64,000 nt of DNA from a virus, in IMG/VR virus record IMGVR_UViG_3300036985_003683, positions 1 to 64,000 of that record, one strand, 5' to 3'. Numbering within the stretch: position 1 is the first letter of the stretch; each line of letters starts with the position of its first letter. Positions 9,527-19,777 of this stretch are shown here, piece after piece. The notes beneath the pieces were generated by a model that had not been told where the DNA came from, did not search any database, and saw nothing but the letters and a program-made list of their open reading frames with translations. The translations under genes were made by a program, and so were the position numbers.

Positions 9527-9800
9527 TGCTATTCGTCTCCAACCAAGCTAGGATCTGGGACATCTTAGTGACGTCCTCCACCCTGTGGTTGCGCTGTACA
9601 GAGATGGCAACAGTACCGTTGAAGAGCCCATCTCGGAGATTGGAGTGGACCTGTGTCAGAACTGTTGGAGACAGTCCTTGAAACATGATACCGACCAAGT
9701 CCTGGAACTGACCCTTCTTGCCTGGATGGCCAGTCTTACGAGCCTTTGGTGGGGCGCTTGACTGGTCGCTTGGGTTTGCTTCTAACTGCGATTCTTGCAC
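9507..9800 (-). CDS. Hypothetical protein
   Basis: GAGGA RBS, operon packing. Confidence 0.5.
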   Translation of the reverse strand: MQESQLEANPSDQSSAPPKARKTGHPGKKGQFQDLVGIMFQGLSPTVLTQVHSNLRDGLFNGTVAISVQRNHRVEDVTKMSQILAWLETNSNGPQSH

Positions 9801-10248
9801 GTAACTCTTCCTCCTGACGCTTCTGAGCGTCTTTAGCCTGTTTCCAACCTGGAAATTCCAAATTCATCAGCTCATCACGGGAGTTGATCAACTTGGCTAC
9901 TACACCCTTCAACACTACTATCATCTGTGCCACTTCCGCGTGTTGGGCTGTGGCACTGAACGTTGTTCCCTGTTGATTACTTATCCACCCTTCCATCTCT
10001 TCCAGTAACGTTTCGACTTCCCCAGTGGGTTCCATCAATTCGTCTGCTGCCCACTCTGCTCGTTGTTTACGAGTCATCTCAGTGGTGGTGCATCTGCGGA
10101 GGGGGGCTTCCTTGATCTGCTTCACCAGCTTGATGAAGCCCTCCTTGGGCGCCTTGTCCGCTAGTGTCAACAGTTGGGCGTACTGCTGTGGTCGAAGATC
10201 CACACGTCGATACAGACCTTCACCAGATGGATTTCGCGAATCTTCCAT
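9736..10248 (-). CDS. Hypothetical helical protein
   Basis: GTATAAT box and GGAGG RBS before ATG 10248. Confidence 0.6.
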   Translation of the reverse strand: MEDSRNPSGEGLYRRVDLRPQQYAQLLTLADKAPKEGFIKLVKQIKEAPLRRCTTTEMTRKQRAEWAADELMEPTGEVETLLEEMEGWISNQQGTTFSATAQHAEVAQMIVVLKGVVAKLINSRDELMNLEFPGWKQAKDAQKRQEEELRARIAVRSKPKRPVKRPTKGS

Positions 10249-10298
10249 TGCACCCTCCAAAAGTATTATACCCCATTTTTCCTAGATTACCCCCAAAA

Positions 10299-10499
10299 TC
10301 AATCGTGCTCTTCTGCTGCTCGCAGTGCTGTGATCACATCTGGATGCACTCCAGCGATAGTCTCTGGAGCACTGAAGGTAGTAGACCTTCTCCAAATGGG
10401 AGGGGAGTACGTGTTGTCTGATCTCAGCACCTGTACGTACTCCAGAATGCCTTTCACACTTCCACGGGGCCGATAACGGGCCTGTATAATGAGATCCAT
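10299..10499 (-). CDS. Hypothetical protein
   Basis: GTATAAT box and GGAGG RBS before ATG 10499. Confidence 0.5.
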   Translation of the reverse strand: MDLIIQARYRPRGSVKGILEYVQVLRSDNTYSPPIWRRSTTFSAPETIAGVHPDVITALRAAEEHD

Positions 10500-10580
10500 C
10501 ACTTCCTCCACGTTATTGATTTGTCTCTGGTAATTATACGAAGAACGGGTACTAAGGTTCCCCATTTCTTTGGAAAAAAC

Positions 10581-11915
10581 TCAAATTTTGTCTGAATCCA
10601 CCTTAGGGGGAAGGAGGAAGAAGAATCCCCCATAGGTGCTGCCGAAGATGTGCGTAGGGGCAGTCTCCACCACGTCGAGAGTCCATTGGGGGTGGGTATC
10701 ATGGAAGTGACGCACTGCAGCCTGTGTTGGAGGGTAATGCCAATCGTGTCCTAGTATCACTGCCCCTCCCGTAGCTGATGCTGTGATGTCAGCGAGCACC
10801 CCTTCGTACTCATGGTCCCCGTCAATGAACACTAGATCTGGCGAAGTCTCTGTCATCAATCGGGGGATCAGCTCTTTGGAATCGCCAACGTACATGTGGA
10901 GCCATGCCTCATCTACAGTAGTCTTTCCCATCATCTTAGTCGAGATGTCGATACAATGTACCTCCATCTCGGGATGCCTCCTACGTATGGGCTCCAGATC
11001 CTTTGCAGCGTACACACCTACCCACAGCACATTTTTGGGTCTGAGTGCTGTGAGAATGCCCAAGAACGTGAACCTGTCCGCACTATCCATCAGCCACCTC
11101 GTGTTGAAGTACTCGGGAGGAAAGAACCTACTTCGGAAGGTGGGATCAACCACCCCCAAGCGTTGCCGAACGTGTCGCAACTTGTGAAAGACGGAACCCG
11201 TACCACCACCATGTGCCACCATATGACAAATGTGGAAACTCTGGGAGGAATACAGTCTACAGAACCTATTCCACTCTGGAGAGAGGGTTCCGTACTCTCC
11301 AGGGGAGTCTATCAACATGAATCGTTGGAGGTAGGTCTCATCGAAATATGGTGTGGATCCAAACAGGGACATGACGCTATCCAATGAGCGTGCAACGGCG
11401 AATCTTGCCTGCAGCTCGTACATACCTTCGTGTGTACAGAGGCACACACCGGCGTTGTGATAGGAGGATCTGTCCTCGGGGGCGACGTAAGCCTTGCTCT
11501 GGGGAGACACCCCCCACACCTTATCCCCCATCCCTATCACTCTCTCCCAGTCGGGATGCTTTGCAAAGTTGACGGGACGAACGCAACTACGGAGTACTTC
11601 CTGTTTCACTAGGGGCCCGCCTATGAAGGCGTCTACATCCATGTACAGAATGTGAGTCCAGTCCTTGAAGTACTCTCTGGAAACTTCCCACTTGAGGAAG
11701 TTGATGGACCACCTATCTGTTCTGCCTGGAGGTAGTTCCACACACTCCACGTCGTAATCGCGCCGTAGCGACGCTATGAAGTTGTCACTGAATGTGGAAT
11801 CCTTGTAGAACAACACCAGGGGCATGTACGGATTGGTATGTCGTGTGACGGACATGGTATACGTAGCCATCTGGATGTAGTAGTCACCTACGGCAACACC
11901 ATATGCACCTAGCAC
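10581..11915 (-). CDS. GT-A glycosyltransferase (GT6/GT8-like) fused to class I methyltransferase
   Basis: ILYMDVDAF (DxD), HNAGV, FDETYL; C-terminal GDS, FIDGDHEYEGV, GHDW; GTG start with GAGGAG RBS. Confidence 0.8.
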   Translation of the reverse strand: MLGAYGVAVGDYYIQMATYTMSVTRHTNPYMPLVLFYKDSTFSDNFIASLRRDYDVECVELPPGRTDRWSINFLKWEVSREYFKDWTHILYMDVDAFIGGPLVKQEVLRSCVRPVNFAKHPDWERVIGMGDKVWGVSPQSKAYVAPEDRSSYHNAGVCLCTHEGMYELQARFAVARSLDSVMSLFGSTPYFDETYLQRFMLIDSPGEYGTLSPEWNRFCRLYSSQSFHICHMVAHGGGTGSVFHKLRHVRQRLGVVDPTFRSRFFPPEYFNTRWLMDSADRFTFLGILTALRPKNVLWVGVYAAKDLEPIRRRHPEMEVHCIDISTKMMGKTTVDEAWLHMYVGDSKELIPRLMTETSPDLVFIDGDHEYEGVLADITASATGGAVILGHDWHYPPTQAAVRHFHDTHPQWTLDVVETAPTHIFGSTYGGFFFLLPPKVDSDKI

Positions 11916-12889
11916 TAGACGATACTCCTCAGCATATTCACAACTCGTTCTGCCAGCTGTCTGTCGTCCAACCCCCGTACTGCATCTCGATACGCTTGCT
12001 TGCGAAAGTCCAAATAGCCTTCCCAATTGTCTCGGACATTGCACACGACCTCCTCCAGATTAGACCAATCGGGAAGAACTGGCACATACTGTAATGGTGG
12101 CCACGTCGTCATGAACTCTGTACTGGGGCGAAGACTAATGGCACCACATAGCGGAAGCTCATAGTCTCGACACGTCAGGGGATCATATCCCCAGGGGGCG
12201 ATGCCCATCTTGCTAGTGCGCATCGCTGTGAGAAATGCTTGCCAACCCCACTTAGGTGTTCCAGGCTTTCTGAAACACACGTTGAACTTGCCCTCCAACT
12301 TAGCGACAGCTTCCACAGCCTTGACACGATGCCAATGTACTACCTCATGGGGGTACTCTGCTAGGTTGCAGGATCCCACACTCAGCATCAAATCGTAAGG
12401 ACGAGGAGCTTCCCATTGAGGCTCCTTCCAATACGTAACTCTGAAGCTGTCCCAGGCCATTAGGTTGTACAAGCACACTACCTTAGTCTCGTACATGGGA
12501 TCCAAAAGTGGGTAGCGTACGTAGGGTTCTGGCATGTCTCCCCGTATAGCGTGTAGGACGTCGAGGTGTTGGAACTCAGAATGGATACTGGACTCGGGGA
12601 TGGTCAGTTTGGAAGACTTGCTGACCACCTTGACGTGTGGAAGTGCCATGGCCTCCCTCACAAGTGGAAACATCACCTCGGGACCTACGTGGACGTCTTC
12701 CAATACGGTAGGGATGCCTAACTCCAGCAATTCTGAAGAGTAGGGCATAGCATGTAGCCATAGTACATCCGGATCCTCATCAGCAAAGTACACTCCCATG
12801 GATCTCAGGAGCGGCTCCAGTCTCAAGAGCACCCGAGTGAGGTAGTTGTGGTAGTAACTACCCGAGCATCTGAACAGTACACGTATCAA
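11915..12889 (-). CDS. Glycosyltransferase-like protein (GT-B/CgeB-like C-terminus)
   Basis: SKMGIAPWGY..TCRDYE...GA, YVPVLPDWSNLEE; flanked by GT genes. Confidence 0.65.
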   Translation of the reverse strand: MIRVLFRCSGSYYHNYLTRVLLRLEPLLRSMGVYFADEDPDVLWLHAMPYSSELLELGIPTVLEDVHVGPEVMFPLVREAMALPHVKVVSKSSKLTIPESSIHSEFQHLDVLHAIRGDMPEPYVRYPLLDPMYETKVVCLYNLMAWDSFRVTYWKEPQWEAPRPYDLMLSVGSCNLAEYPHEVVHWHRVKAVEAVAKLEGKFNVCFRKPGTPKWGWQAFLTAMRTSKMGIAPWGYDPLTCRDYELPLCGAISLRPSTEFMTTWPPLQYVPVLPDWSNLEEVVCNVRDNWEGYLDFRKQAYRDAVRGLDDRQLAERVVNMLRSIV

Positions 12890-13653
12890 GGTTTCACCTT
12901 AGCCACTTTCCAATTCTCCCTCAACTTGCGTAGGTGATCAGCAGCCATCTCGTGGCATCCCCACGTAAGTCTGTTTCTAACGATCATCTCAGAACGTGCA
13001 GAGTCCAAGTCCTGAGTCGAGAGCTTGCTGCCCTCCCTGACTCGATACTTGAGAAGAGCATCGTGTACTAGACGGCTCTCTGCTCCATGGCGTAACGCTC
13101 TGACCCAGAAGTCCCAGTCTTCATAGCCCCTGTGGGTAGAGTCTCCCAACTCAGTGTATCCCCCCAATGCCTCCCACAGCTTGACACTAATCAGAGCAGT
13201 GGGATGAGCAGTGTTCTGATGCCTCAACTTATCACTATTCAGTGGGATGGGTTTGGTGAGGTCTTCGTAGGGCTTGACTCCCTCCCCGAAGTACTCCACG
13301 CCTGAATGCACTATGTCGGTATCTGGCCACTTAAGTACTACAGACTCGTAAGTGGACAGTGCATTGGGTGTCAACATGTCGTCGGAATCCAGGGGAACGA
13401 ACCAATCGGAGGCTGCTAATGTGACTCCCATATTGCGAGCACTAGCTAATCCCAATGGACGGGAATTCCTCACCAGGAATATGGGGAACCCCGACCAGGT
13501 GGGTGGAAAGTCCTTACGTGCAATGGGGACGGTCGAGCCATCGTCCACTACTACCACCGCAAGGGGCTTACGTGTTTGGTTGATGACGGACTGTATGCAA
13601 TCTGACAGAAACTGCTGGTCGTCCTTACAGGGAATGACTACGGAGATCTTCAT
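12886..13653 (-). CDS. Glycosyltransferase family 2
   Basis: ISVVIPC, VVDDGS, ARNMG, LDSDD, GYEDWDFW. Confidence 0.92.
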   Translation of the reverse strand: MKISVVIPCKDDQQFLSDCIQSVINQTRKPLAVVVVDDGSTVPIARKDFPPTWSGFPIFLVRNSRPLGLASARNMGVTLAASDWFVPLDSDDMLTPNALSTYESVVLKWPDTDIVHSGVEYFGEGVKPYEDLTKPIPLNSDKLRHQNTAHPTALISVKLWEALGGYTELGDSTHRGYEDWDFWVRALRHGAESRLVHDALLKYRVREGSKLSTQDLDSARSEMIVRNRLTWGCHEMAADHLRKLRENWKVAKVKP

Positions 13654-15824
13654 TGTTCCAACCTCGAAATACCCCCAGATTTGACTGAGGTCCAAATGGT
13701 AGGGAATAGTGCCTCCAAATGAGGCGAATGTGTGATGACAAACACAGTGTCACGTTCCTTCGCTAACTGCTCCAATAGTCTGTAGTACATCTCGACCCCC
13801 GTAGAGTCCATATGACAGGCTACCTCATCCATGATGGCTAGACTAAACTGTCTGCCCTGTCTTGATATCACCAGGTCCTGAAGGGCCAATGCGATGCAGA
13901 TGTCAATCCGCTCTTGCTCTCCGGCAGAGTTACCCTCGTACACATCCGCGCCGTATAGGTTGGAGACGTGTATGTGGAAGTCCTCCTTCAGAGTCTTGCC
14001 GTCTGCGAGTAGCCTTTGTGTACGGAACTCGATGAGGATCTCGTTGCTCCACAGGATATTGGCATAGTGCTGTACTCGGTCATTGAGATAGGGCACCACA
14101 CTGTCGAGTAGGTAACTCTGGATACCTCCCTTCCCAAATCCCCGTACCCAGAATTGATGTAGTTGTATGTCGCGTCTGAGTACTTCCAGCTCGCCCTCTA
14201 TGCGAGTCAGATCAGCTGTCACAACTCCCAGGTCTGATGAAGTCTGTGTGAACGCCACTGTGAAGGGATTCACCACTTCCTCTTCCATGAACTTCTTCAA
14301 CGAAGTCCACTCGGCCATCAGAGGACCAATCTCCACACTCAAATTCTGAATACTGAGTTGCAATCTACGGATGTCGTTGTCGCAAGCCACCAATGCTTCA
14401 TTGTGAGAAGCATACACACTGGACTGACTAGTGTATGTAGCATTCAGGGAGTCGTACGTAGCCTGTAACAAGTTCCTACCGAGCTTCCAAGTCTCCACTC
14501 GCTCATTGAGAGCAGCTCTCTGAGAGTCCTCCCCTGCACGTATCTTCTCGATAGACGCGACCACATTCCGGATACCTTCGCACGTCTCAGCTTCCTTGGC
14601 GACGATTGCATCCTCACACTCGTTCACACGATCGTCCAACTCCTTCTTACGAGAATCCCACACGGCTTGGGCAGCTGCTGTGTTCTCGGGTTTGAGTAGT
14701 TGCTGGCACGTTTGACAAGTGTCATTGATGGGTACAAGTACGTGGGCGTCTCGTGCTATGACTGCCCCGTACTCCTTCAAGTTCGATCCACTGAGCCAAT
14801 CCCGACGTTGGATCTCCTTCAGTTTGGACTCTAACGCTACCAACTCCAGGGACTGATTCTGAGGGATACCTGCCCGAGCCTCGTCGGTAGCGGTTTTCAA
14901 TTGCGCATTGGCTGAATTCAACTCGCCAGTGGTAACGTTCAATTGCGTATACGTGGCCTGTCCCGCTAGATAGGCTGCGTGTGAAGTCTCGTACAGAGGC
15001 TGGCGTTCAGCTGTTCTGGACTCCAACTCCACCTTACTCTGAGTACGCTGCTGTTCCAGTTCGTGTACTCGGCTCTCTACCTGTGAGATGCGCTCTTGCT
15101 GACGTTGGATTTCAGCTTGCCTACGCTGCTCCCACGTGACACTCTGAGTCTCCAACTCACTGAGGCGTTTAGACAATGTAGCGCGAGTAGTCACATGTGT
15201 AGTCTGGAGTTCCACTTTCGAACTCTCAGACACTGTCAACTCTTTCACTTTGTCACGAGCGGTCTTCTCAGCCTTCACCAACTTGTCGAACTCGAGCAAC
15301 TTCTCGAGGACGGACTTCTTTTCGCCATCCGTCATAGTTGCGAAGGCTATGCTGTTTTGTCCCAGTACCATAGCGTTGAGAGCTACTTGCATTGGGAAAC
15401 CCAGCATGTCCTCGATGGTGGCCTGAGTCTCACGTCGATCTGAACGTGTGAGGTCCACTATGGAACCGTCAGCACATATCTGATGAAGAGTGAGACCATT
15501 GGCACCGTTGTATAACTTGTGCTGTTGGTAACGAGAGACCTCGAATGTAGTTCCGGAAGCGTCTTGGAACCTCAACGTTCCAACACATCCCCCAGTAGAG
15601 TTCCTACGTACTACCTTGTCGCCAGTCAGGCCTCGGGCAGACTTTCCATACAGTATCCACGTCCAGGCGTCCACTATGAGTGCAGACTTACCTCCACCAT
15701 TGGAACCCGCAGCACTGCTGTCTGTGTTTCTGCCCCTGATCAGCACTAATCCCTGGTTGCACAGCGGCAAAACCGCCTGCTCATAGGACATGAAATTCTC
15801 AACAGTGAGTTGTAGAAAACGCAT
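13650..15824 (-). CDS. SbcC/Rad50-like SMC ATPase (gp46-like)
   Basis: Walker A NGGGKS, coiled coils, CQTCQQ zinc hook, SAGE signature, IMDE, ITH. Confidence 0.92.
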   Translation of the reverse strand: MRFLQLTVENFMSYEQAVLPLCNQGLVLIRGRNTDSSAAGSNGGGKSALIVDAWTWILYGKSARGLTGDKVVRRNSTGGCVGTLRFQDASGTTFEVSRYQQHKLYNGANGLTLHQICADGSIVDLTRSDRRETQATIEDMLGFPMQVALNAMVLGQNSIAFATMTDGEKKSVLEKLLEFDKLVKAEKTARDKVKELTVSESSKVELQTTHVTTRATLSKRLSELETQSVTWEQRRQAEIQRQQERISQVESRVHELEQQRTQSKVELESRTAERQPLYETSHAAYLAGQATYTQLNVTTGELNSANAQLKTATDEARAGIPQNQSLELVALESKLKEIQRRDWLSGSNLKEYGAVIARDAHVLVPINDTCQTCQQLLKPENTAAAQAVWDSRKKELDDRVNECEDAIVAKEAETCEGIRNVVASIEKIRAGEDSQRAALNERVETWKLGRNLLQATYDSLNATYTSQSSVYASHNEALVACDNDIRRLQLSIQNLSVEIGPLMAEWTSLKKFMEEEVVNPFTVAFTQTSSDLGVVTADLTRIEGELEVLRRDIQLHQFWVRGFGKGGIQSYLLDSVVPYLNDRVQHYANILWSNEILIEFRTQRLLADGKTLKEDFHIHVSNLYGADVYEGNSAGEQERIDICIALALQDLVISRQGRQFSLAIMDEVACHMDSTGVEMYYRLLEQLAKERDTVFVITHSPHLEALFPTIWTSVKSGGISRLEQ

Positions 15825-16114
15825 TATTCTCCCTTTCTGTAGAGTCGGGTAACTCCCTGGCCGTTCCCCAATAACACATATTCGATGTCAGTTTCGCGAT
15901 CTCGATAGATGAAACCTGTCAAGTCGCGGACAGGTCGATGTTCCAAGACTACCTCTCCAGTAAGCTCCCACCGAGAAGGAGTTTCGCGATCTTCGCGTGC
16001 AGCACTTTCCCGAGGACCTTCCATGGAGCCCACATATGAAAAAGTAACTGTTGCCATAATGGCTACGGCAGCCAAGCTGAATATGGTATGGGATTTCCAC
16101 TCGGTTATTGTCAT
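15824..16114 (-). CDS. Hypothetical membrane-anchored protein
   Basis: ATGA overlap; hydrophobic IFSLAAVAIMATVTF. Confidence 0.55.
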   Translation of the reverse strand: MTITEWKSHTIFSLAAVAIMATVTFSYVGSMEGPRESAAREDRETPSRWELTGEVVLEHRPVRDLTGFIYRDRETDIEYVLLGNGQGVTRLYRKGE

Positions 16115-16659
16115 CCTGGATTTCTCCCTGTAATCTTGACATCCTTCACAGTGGAACGATGGACCCACTGACCTGGAGTGGTTATGTGGAAAGCATACCA
16201 CTTGCACAGTAGACACAGACGCCACCCACCTTTGAACTCCTCTATGCGAGTCAGTGAGTGGTAGCACCCTCCTTGCAGCTTGTACTTGGCTAGGGGGGAC
16301 ACATACTCGGAGGGCATGTCAACTCTGCCCTTGTACGTACCTTGCCATCTCAGGACTAGGTCCCACCTGTCCTGCTCCAACCTGAGTGGAGTGATCTCGG
16401 GTAGGACCATCTCTCCCTGGAAGAGTGGTAGCACAGACTCGACGGGTGTTAGGTGTCCAGTCCATTTGCGAGCACGCATCTCAGTTACTGTACGTTCGTG
16501 CACATCGTACAGATATGGCTGGTGTATGTCCTTATGTAGGCCACCCCAGGTCTGTCCAAACTTAACGATCAAGCCGATCAATGCATGAATCTCATTGTGC
16601 TGTCCTAGGACTCTCTGGTTGTCCAACTCTTCAAAGGGCACGTGCCAAATTCTCATCAC
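16111..16659 (-). CDS. Pyrimidine-dimer DNA glycosylase-like protein
   Basis: MRIW...LDNQRVLGQHNEIH and EMRARKWTGHLTP match the Pyr_excise family pattern. Confidence 0.6.
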   Translation of the reverse strand: MMRIWHVPFEELDNQRVLGQHNEIHALIGLIVKFGQTWGGLHKDIHQPYLYDVHERTVTEMRARKWTGHLTPVESVLPLFQGEMVLPEITPLRLEQDRWDLVLRWQGTYKGRVDMPSEYVSPLAKYKLQGGCYHSLTRIEEFKGGWRLCLLCKWYAFHITTPGQWVHRSTVKDVKITGRNPG

Positions 16660-16734
16660 ACTTCCTTATGGGGCGAAATGATAAACAGTTACACCTAATT
16701 CTACCCCGACAACACGATTCACTTCTGAGAATTT

Positions 16735-17388
16735 CTACGCTTTATTCCGATTACGGAGTAGTACGTTGCAATTCTCGAAAATCCCAACGTTCTCAAACTC
16801 GGGAAGACGTTCCAGGATGTCACACAACTTGATCTGCCCGTCGTATAGGGGGTCGTGGCAGAACTCTGTGTACAAGAACTTAGTCCTCTCACACAGAGTA
16901 CGGTATCCACCTTCGATTAAGTCTCCCTCACATCCCTGTACATCTGCCCAGATGAAGTCAATCTCCTTACCAGGAATCCACTCGTCACACCACGAGTCTA
17001 GTTTCCGCACTTCTACCTTAACATCGTTGGTGAATGTACACCAAGGGAACGCTACTAAGTGTCCAGTAGGTGCCCTCAGAGATGACGACAGGTCCCAATC
17101 AAGTTGGGGTGCATATGGAGAAGTGCCTCCACTCAAATGTAGGGTACCCCAACCATCGTAGGCCCCTATGGCTACCCTGTGCAGATGCACTACTCGAGAA
17201 GTTGCACAGAACCGTCGTAGGGGTCTCTCATCGGGTTCGAAAGCGTACACAGTGCCGTAGGGGAACTCAGTCACGAGCTTTGCAGTATCCCCACCGTCGT
17301 TGCAGCCTATCTCCAAGATGAGGGGATCCTCGCGGTCGACCAAGCGACTGATGAAGGACACCTTAATGCTGTGGGGGGACGTTATCAT
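16735..17388 (-). CDS. FkbM-family methyltransferase
   Basis: LEIGCNDG, YAFEP, IDFIWADVQGCE. Confidence 0.88.
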   Translation of the reverse strand: MITSPHSIKVSFISRLVDREDPLILEIGCNDGGDTAKLVTEFPYGTVYAFEPDERPLRRFCATSRVVHLHRVAIGAYDGWGTLHLSGGTSPYAPQLDWDLSSSLRAPTGHLVAFPWCTFTNDVKVEVRKLDSWCDEWIPGKEIDFIWADVQGCEGDLIEGGYRTLCERTKFLYTEFCHDPLYDGQIKLCDILERLPEFENVGIFENCNVLLRNRNKA

Positions 17389-18698
17389 GTGGTCCTCTCT
17401 ACTCCGTGGATGGCCTTGACCACTGGGAACCGCAAGCTGTGTCCACCTGTGATGTTGGTGGTCTCTTCGAAGTACTGCACCGTGAGTACTCGTCCGATCA
17501 GCTGTTCTGGATTTGCGAAGTAGAACAGACGTTCTGGCTGGCTCCATCCTGAACCCACCTTAACCATGGTGCCTTTGTGCCTGATCCATGCTGCCCCTAG
17601 AGCGTCGACTTCCTTCTCCACTCCGTCGAAGAACATACGCATTCGGGACATTTCAACGTCTAGGACCACATACTCGGCATCTGGAAACGTCTTCACCTTC
17701 AGCATGTCCAGGGAGCGTCTTCCTGCCCACTGTGTATCCTTACGTATGATCAACCCCTCCCACTTCTTGTCAGCCGCGCGGTTGATCCAGGTGGCCAGGT
17801 GGTCCACGTCCGAGACAATCTCTTGATGTAGGAGATCCACCCGAGTAGTAGTATTAAAATTAGGGGTGGGGGCCGTTGTTAGCAGGTCTTTGAGATTGCT
17901 GAGACGTTCCCGGTAAGGAATACCCCCCTCGCCTGATTCGAATATGGACAATGGAACCATGTCGAACACTAGGAAGACAGCCTCTGCGATGTCGTGATTC
18001 TTCTTTCCAATCTGTCTCTGTATCGCTGAGAAACTCTCACCACCTTGTGGATCGGTGATACACACTTCCCCGTCAAGAACTAGATTGGTGTAACCCCTTG
18101 CACTCAACATGCGTTGGAGTGAACCCAAGGTCTCGAAGTCGTTACCTTCACGACTCTTGAGCTTGCACTGCCCCTGCTCATCGAAGACTGCTAGGCAGCG
18201 TACCCCGTCCAACTTACGACTCACGTACCACTCTCGTAGATCCAATTGTCGATCTGGAGTGTATGTCTCAGCGAGTGGTACGTCGAACGTTGGTACACAG
18301 TCGGGTATGGCCTTGTTGATGGATCGGACGTCCATACGAATCTTCAGGTTGCCATCCAGAATGCGATAGACCAAGTCCTCGTACTTCCTATTGGAAGTGA
18401 TCCACGATGTGAGAAGTATCAACGCAGAGTGTCCAGTCATCCTCCTGCTGCTGAGAAGGTCCATCACCTCGGGCAGAGTGCGGTTGTGACCAATGTTGTC
18501 CGGGAACTTGGAAAACTTCTCCAGGTTCTTGCGTAGGGTAGCTCCCGTCACGTAATGACGAATCTGTGTGGAGTACGTCTCTTTCAACGCCCACACTACC
18601 AGAGCGTCGTTCTTGTACTTAGCCAGAATGGCTACCTTGGCAGTAGTGGACGAAGTGGAATTCACATCGTCGATCATCGTCAATATGGGATCGTACAT
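17385..18698 (-). CDS. ATP-dependent DNA ligase
   Basis: KLDGVR, LDGE, VFD, EGLIIR, LKVK, VGSG, LRFP. Confidence 0.93.
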   Translation of the reverse strand: MYDPILTMIDDVNSTSSTTAKVAILAKYKNDALVVWALKETYSTQIRHYVTGATLRKNLEKFSKFPDNIGHNRTLPEVMDLLSSRRMTGHSALILLTSWITSNRKYEDLVYRILDGNLKIRMDVRSINKAIPDCVPTFDVPLAETYTPDRQLDLREWYVSRKLDGVRCLAVFDEQGQCKLKSREGNDFETLGSLQRMLSARGYTNLVLDGEVCITDPQGGESFSAIQRQIGKKNHDIAEAVFLVFDMVPLSIFESGEGGIPYRERLSNLKDLLTTAPTPNFNTTTRVDLLHQEIVSDVDHLATWINRAADKKWEGLIIRKDTQWAGRRSLDMLKVKTFPDAEYVVLDVEMSRMRMFFDGVEKEVDALGAAWIRHKGTMVKVGSGWSQPERLFYFANPEQLIGRVLTVQYFEETTNITGGHSLRFPVVKAIHGVERTT

Positions 18699-18716
18699 TA
18701 CTTCACTTTCTAATGA

Positions 18717-19223
18717 CTAGCCCTTAATGAACTTTGCAACCTCAGAATCCATAGACCGTGAATCATACATCACTTCGGCAACCTGCACGTAGTGGAAGAA
18801 GGCACCAGCTTCTTGAGCCTCTACACTGAACTTCTGATTATGGGGGAACTGCCATGCCACGTGCATAATGCTCCCTTTCTCATATCCACCGATCCATCCG
18901 ATCAGGTACAAAGGCTTCTTTGGGCCCTCCAACGATGGAAGATACAGCTGACGCTCAAACGAAATGGTCGGATACCCGTCATTCCTGAAGCCATTCCCCA
19001 ATCCCCCATTGGGGGTGGTATTCACAAATTGGTACCCCAAGCCCGTGTAGATCATTCCGGGAAACGATCCCAACTTGCTACACACTTGGTTGCACCAATC
19101 CCCGATGGGCCTTATCAGCTTGCCATTCTCTTCCACCAGAGGTACTCCCATCTCATGAAGAGACGCACCTCTGAAGGTTGGCCACACTGGTGAACCCTTG
19201 GGTCTACGATCGAAGATACTCAT
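18717..19223 (-). CDS. Hypothetical protein
   Basis: 168-aa ORF, ATGA overlap. Confidence 0.6.
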   Translation of the reverse strand: MSIFDRRPKGSPVWPTFRGASLHEMGVPLVEENGKLIRPIGDWCNQVCSKLGSFPGMIYTGLGYQFVNTTPNGGLGNGFRNDGYPTISFERQLYLPSLEGPKKPLYLIGWIGGYEKGSIMHVAWQFPHNQKFSVEAQEAGAFFHYVQVAEVMYDSRSMDSEVAKFIKG

Positions 19224-19630
19224 ACTGGAAACTCCCCTAAAATCTTGATCACTTGTGCGCGAACTATTCGCAGATTTCCATCAGACCATGTGAGATTCCT
19301 CAAAGCCTTACTCCAATTCTGCACCGAGCCCATCTTGGGTAACGAATCCAAGCACCCCTCTACTGCTGCCCTCAGGATGAACATATCCCCCGCCATGAGA
19401 ACTCCATCTTGGAGAATCTCGAAGGCCTGATAAGCGCTACGCTTATTCTCATGGGGCTCCCTCTCTGACAACTTAGGTGGGCCACACGCTCGACACTTGG
19501 ACTGAGGCTTATCGCCAAACTCCCAAAAGTGGTAATAGGATCCCACAGAGATCTTTTTACCACACGCACAACACTCGCGCTCTACGCGTGAATGTTTAAC
19601 GGTTTGAAAGGCTACCGCCATGGTTTCCAC
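19220..19630 (-). CDS. Hypothetical zinc-binding protein
   Basis: CCACG...CRAC; first gene after the sigma70-like promoter. Confidence 0.6.
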   Translation of the reverse strand: METMAVAFQTVKHSRVERECCACGKKISVGSYYHFWEFGDKPQSKCRACGPPKLSEREPHENKRSAYQAFEILQDGVLMAGDMFILRAAVEGCLDSLPKMGSVQNWSKALRNLTWSDGNLRIVRAQVIKILGEFPV

Positions 19631-19661
19631 TTATTCGCACATGAATTTGACATCAACGTTT

Positions 19662-19690
19662 ATTATACGTGAAATGCACAGCAAAATCAA
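19662..19690 (-). promoter_or_regulatory. Sigma70-type promoter
   Basis: TTGATT-17 nt-TATAAT in AT-rich intergenic DNA. Confidence 0.75.
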
Positions 19691-19718
19691 GTACTTTGTT
19701 AGGATTTTCGGAGCTTCA

Positions 19719-19765
19719 TAGCGGACGCTTTATGTAGCGGGCGTGCTACTTTATTGCCTTCAACG
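19719..19765 (+). repeat. 47-bp dispersed repeat, copy 1
   Basis: 39/47 identical to the reverse complement of 51876-51922. Confidence 0.8.
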
Positions 19766-19777
19766 GGGTACAACGGG

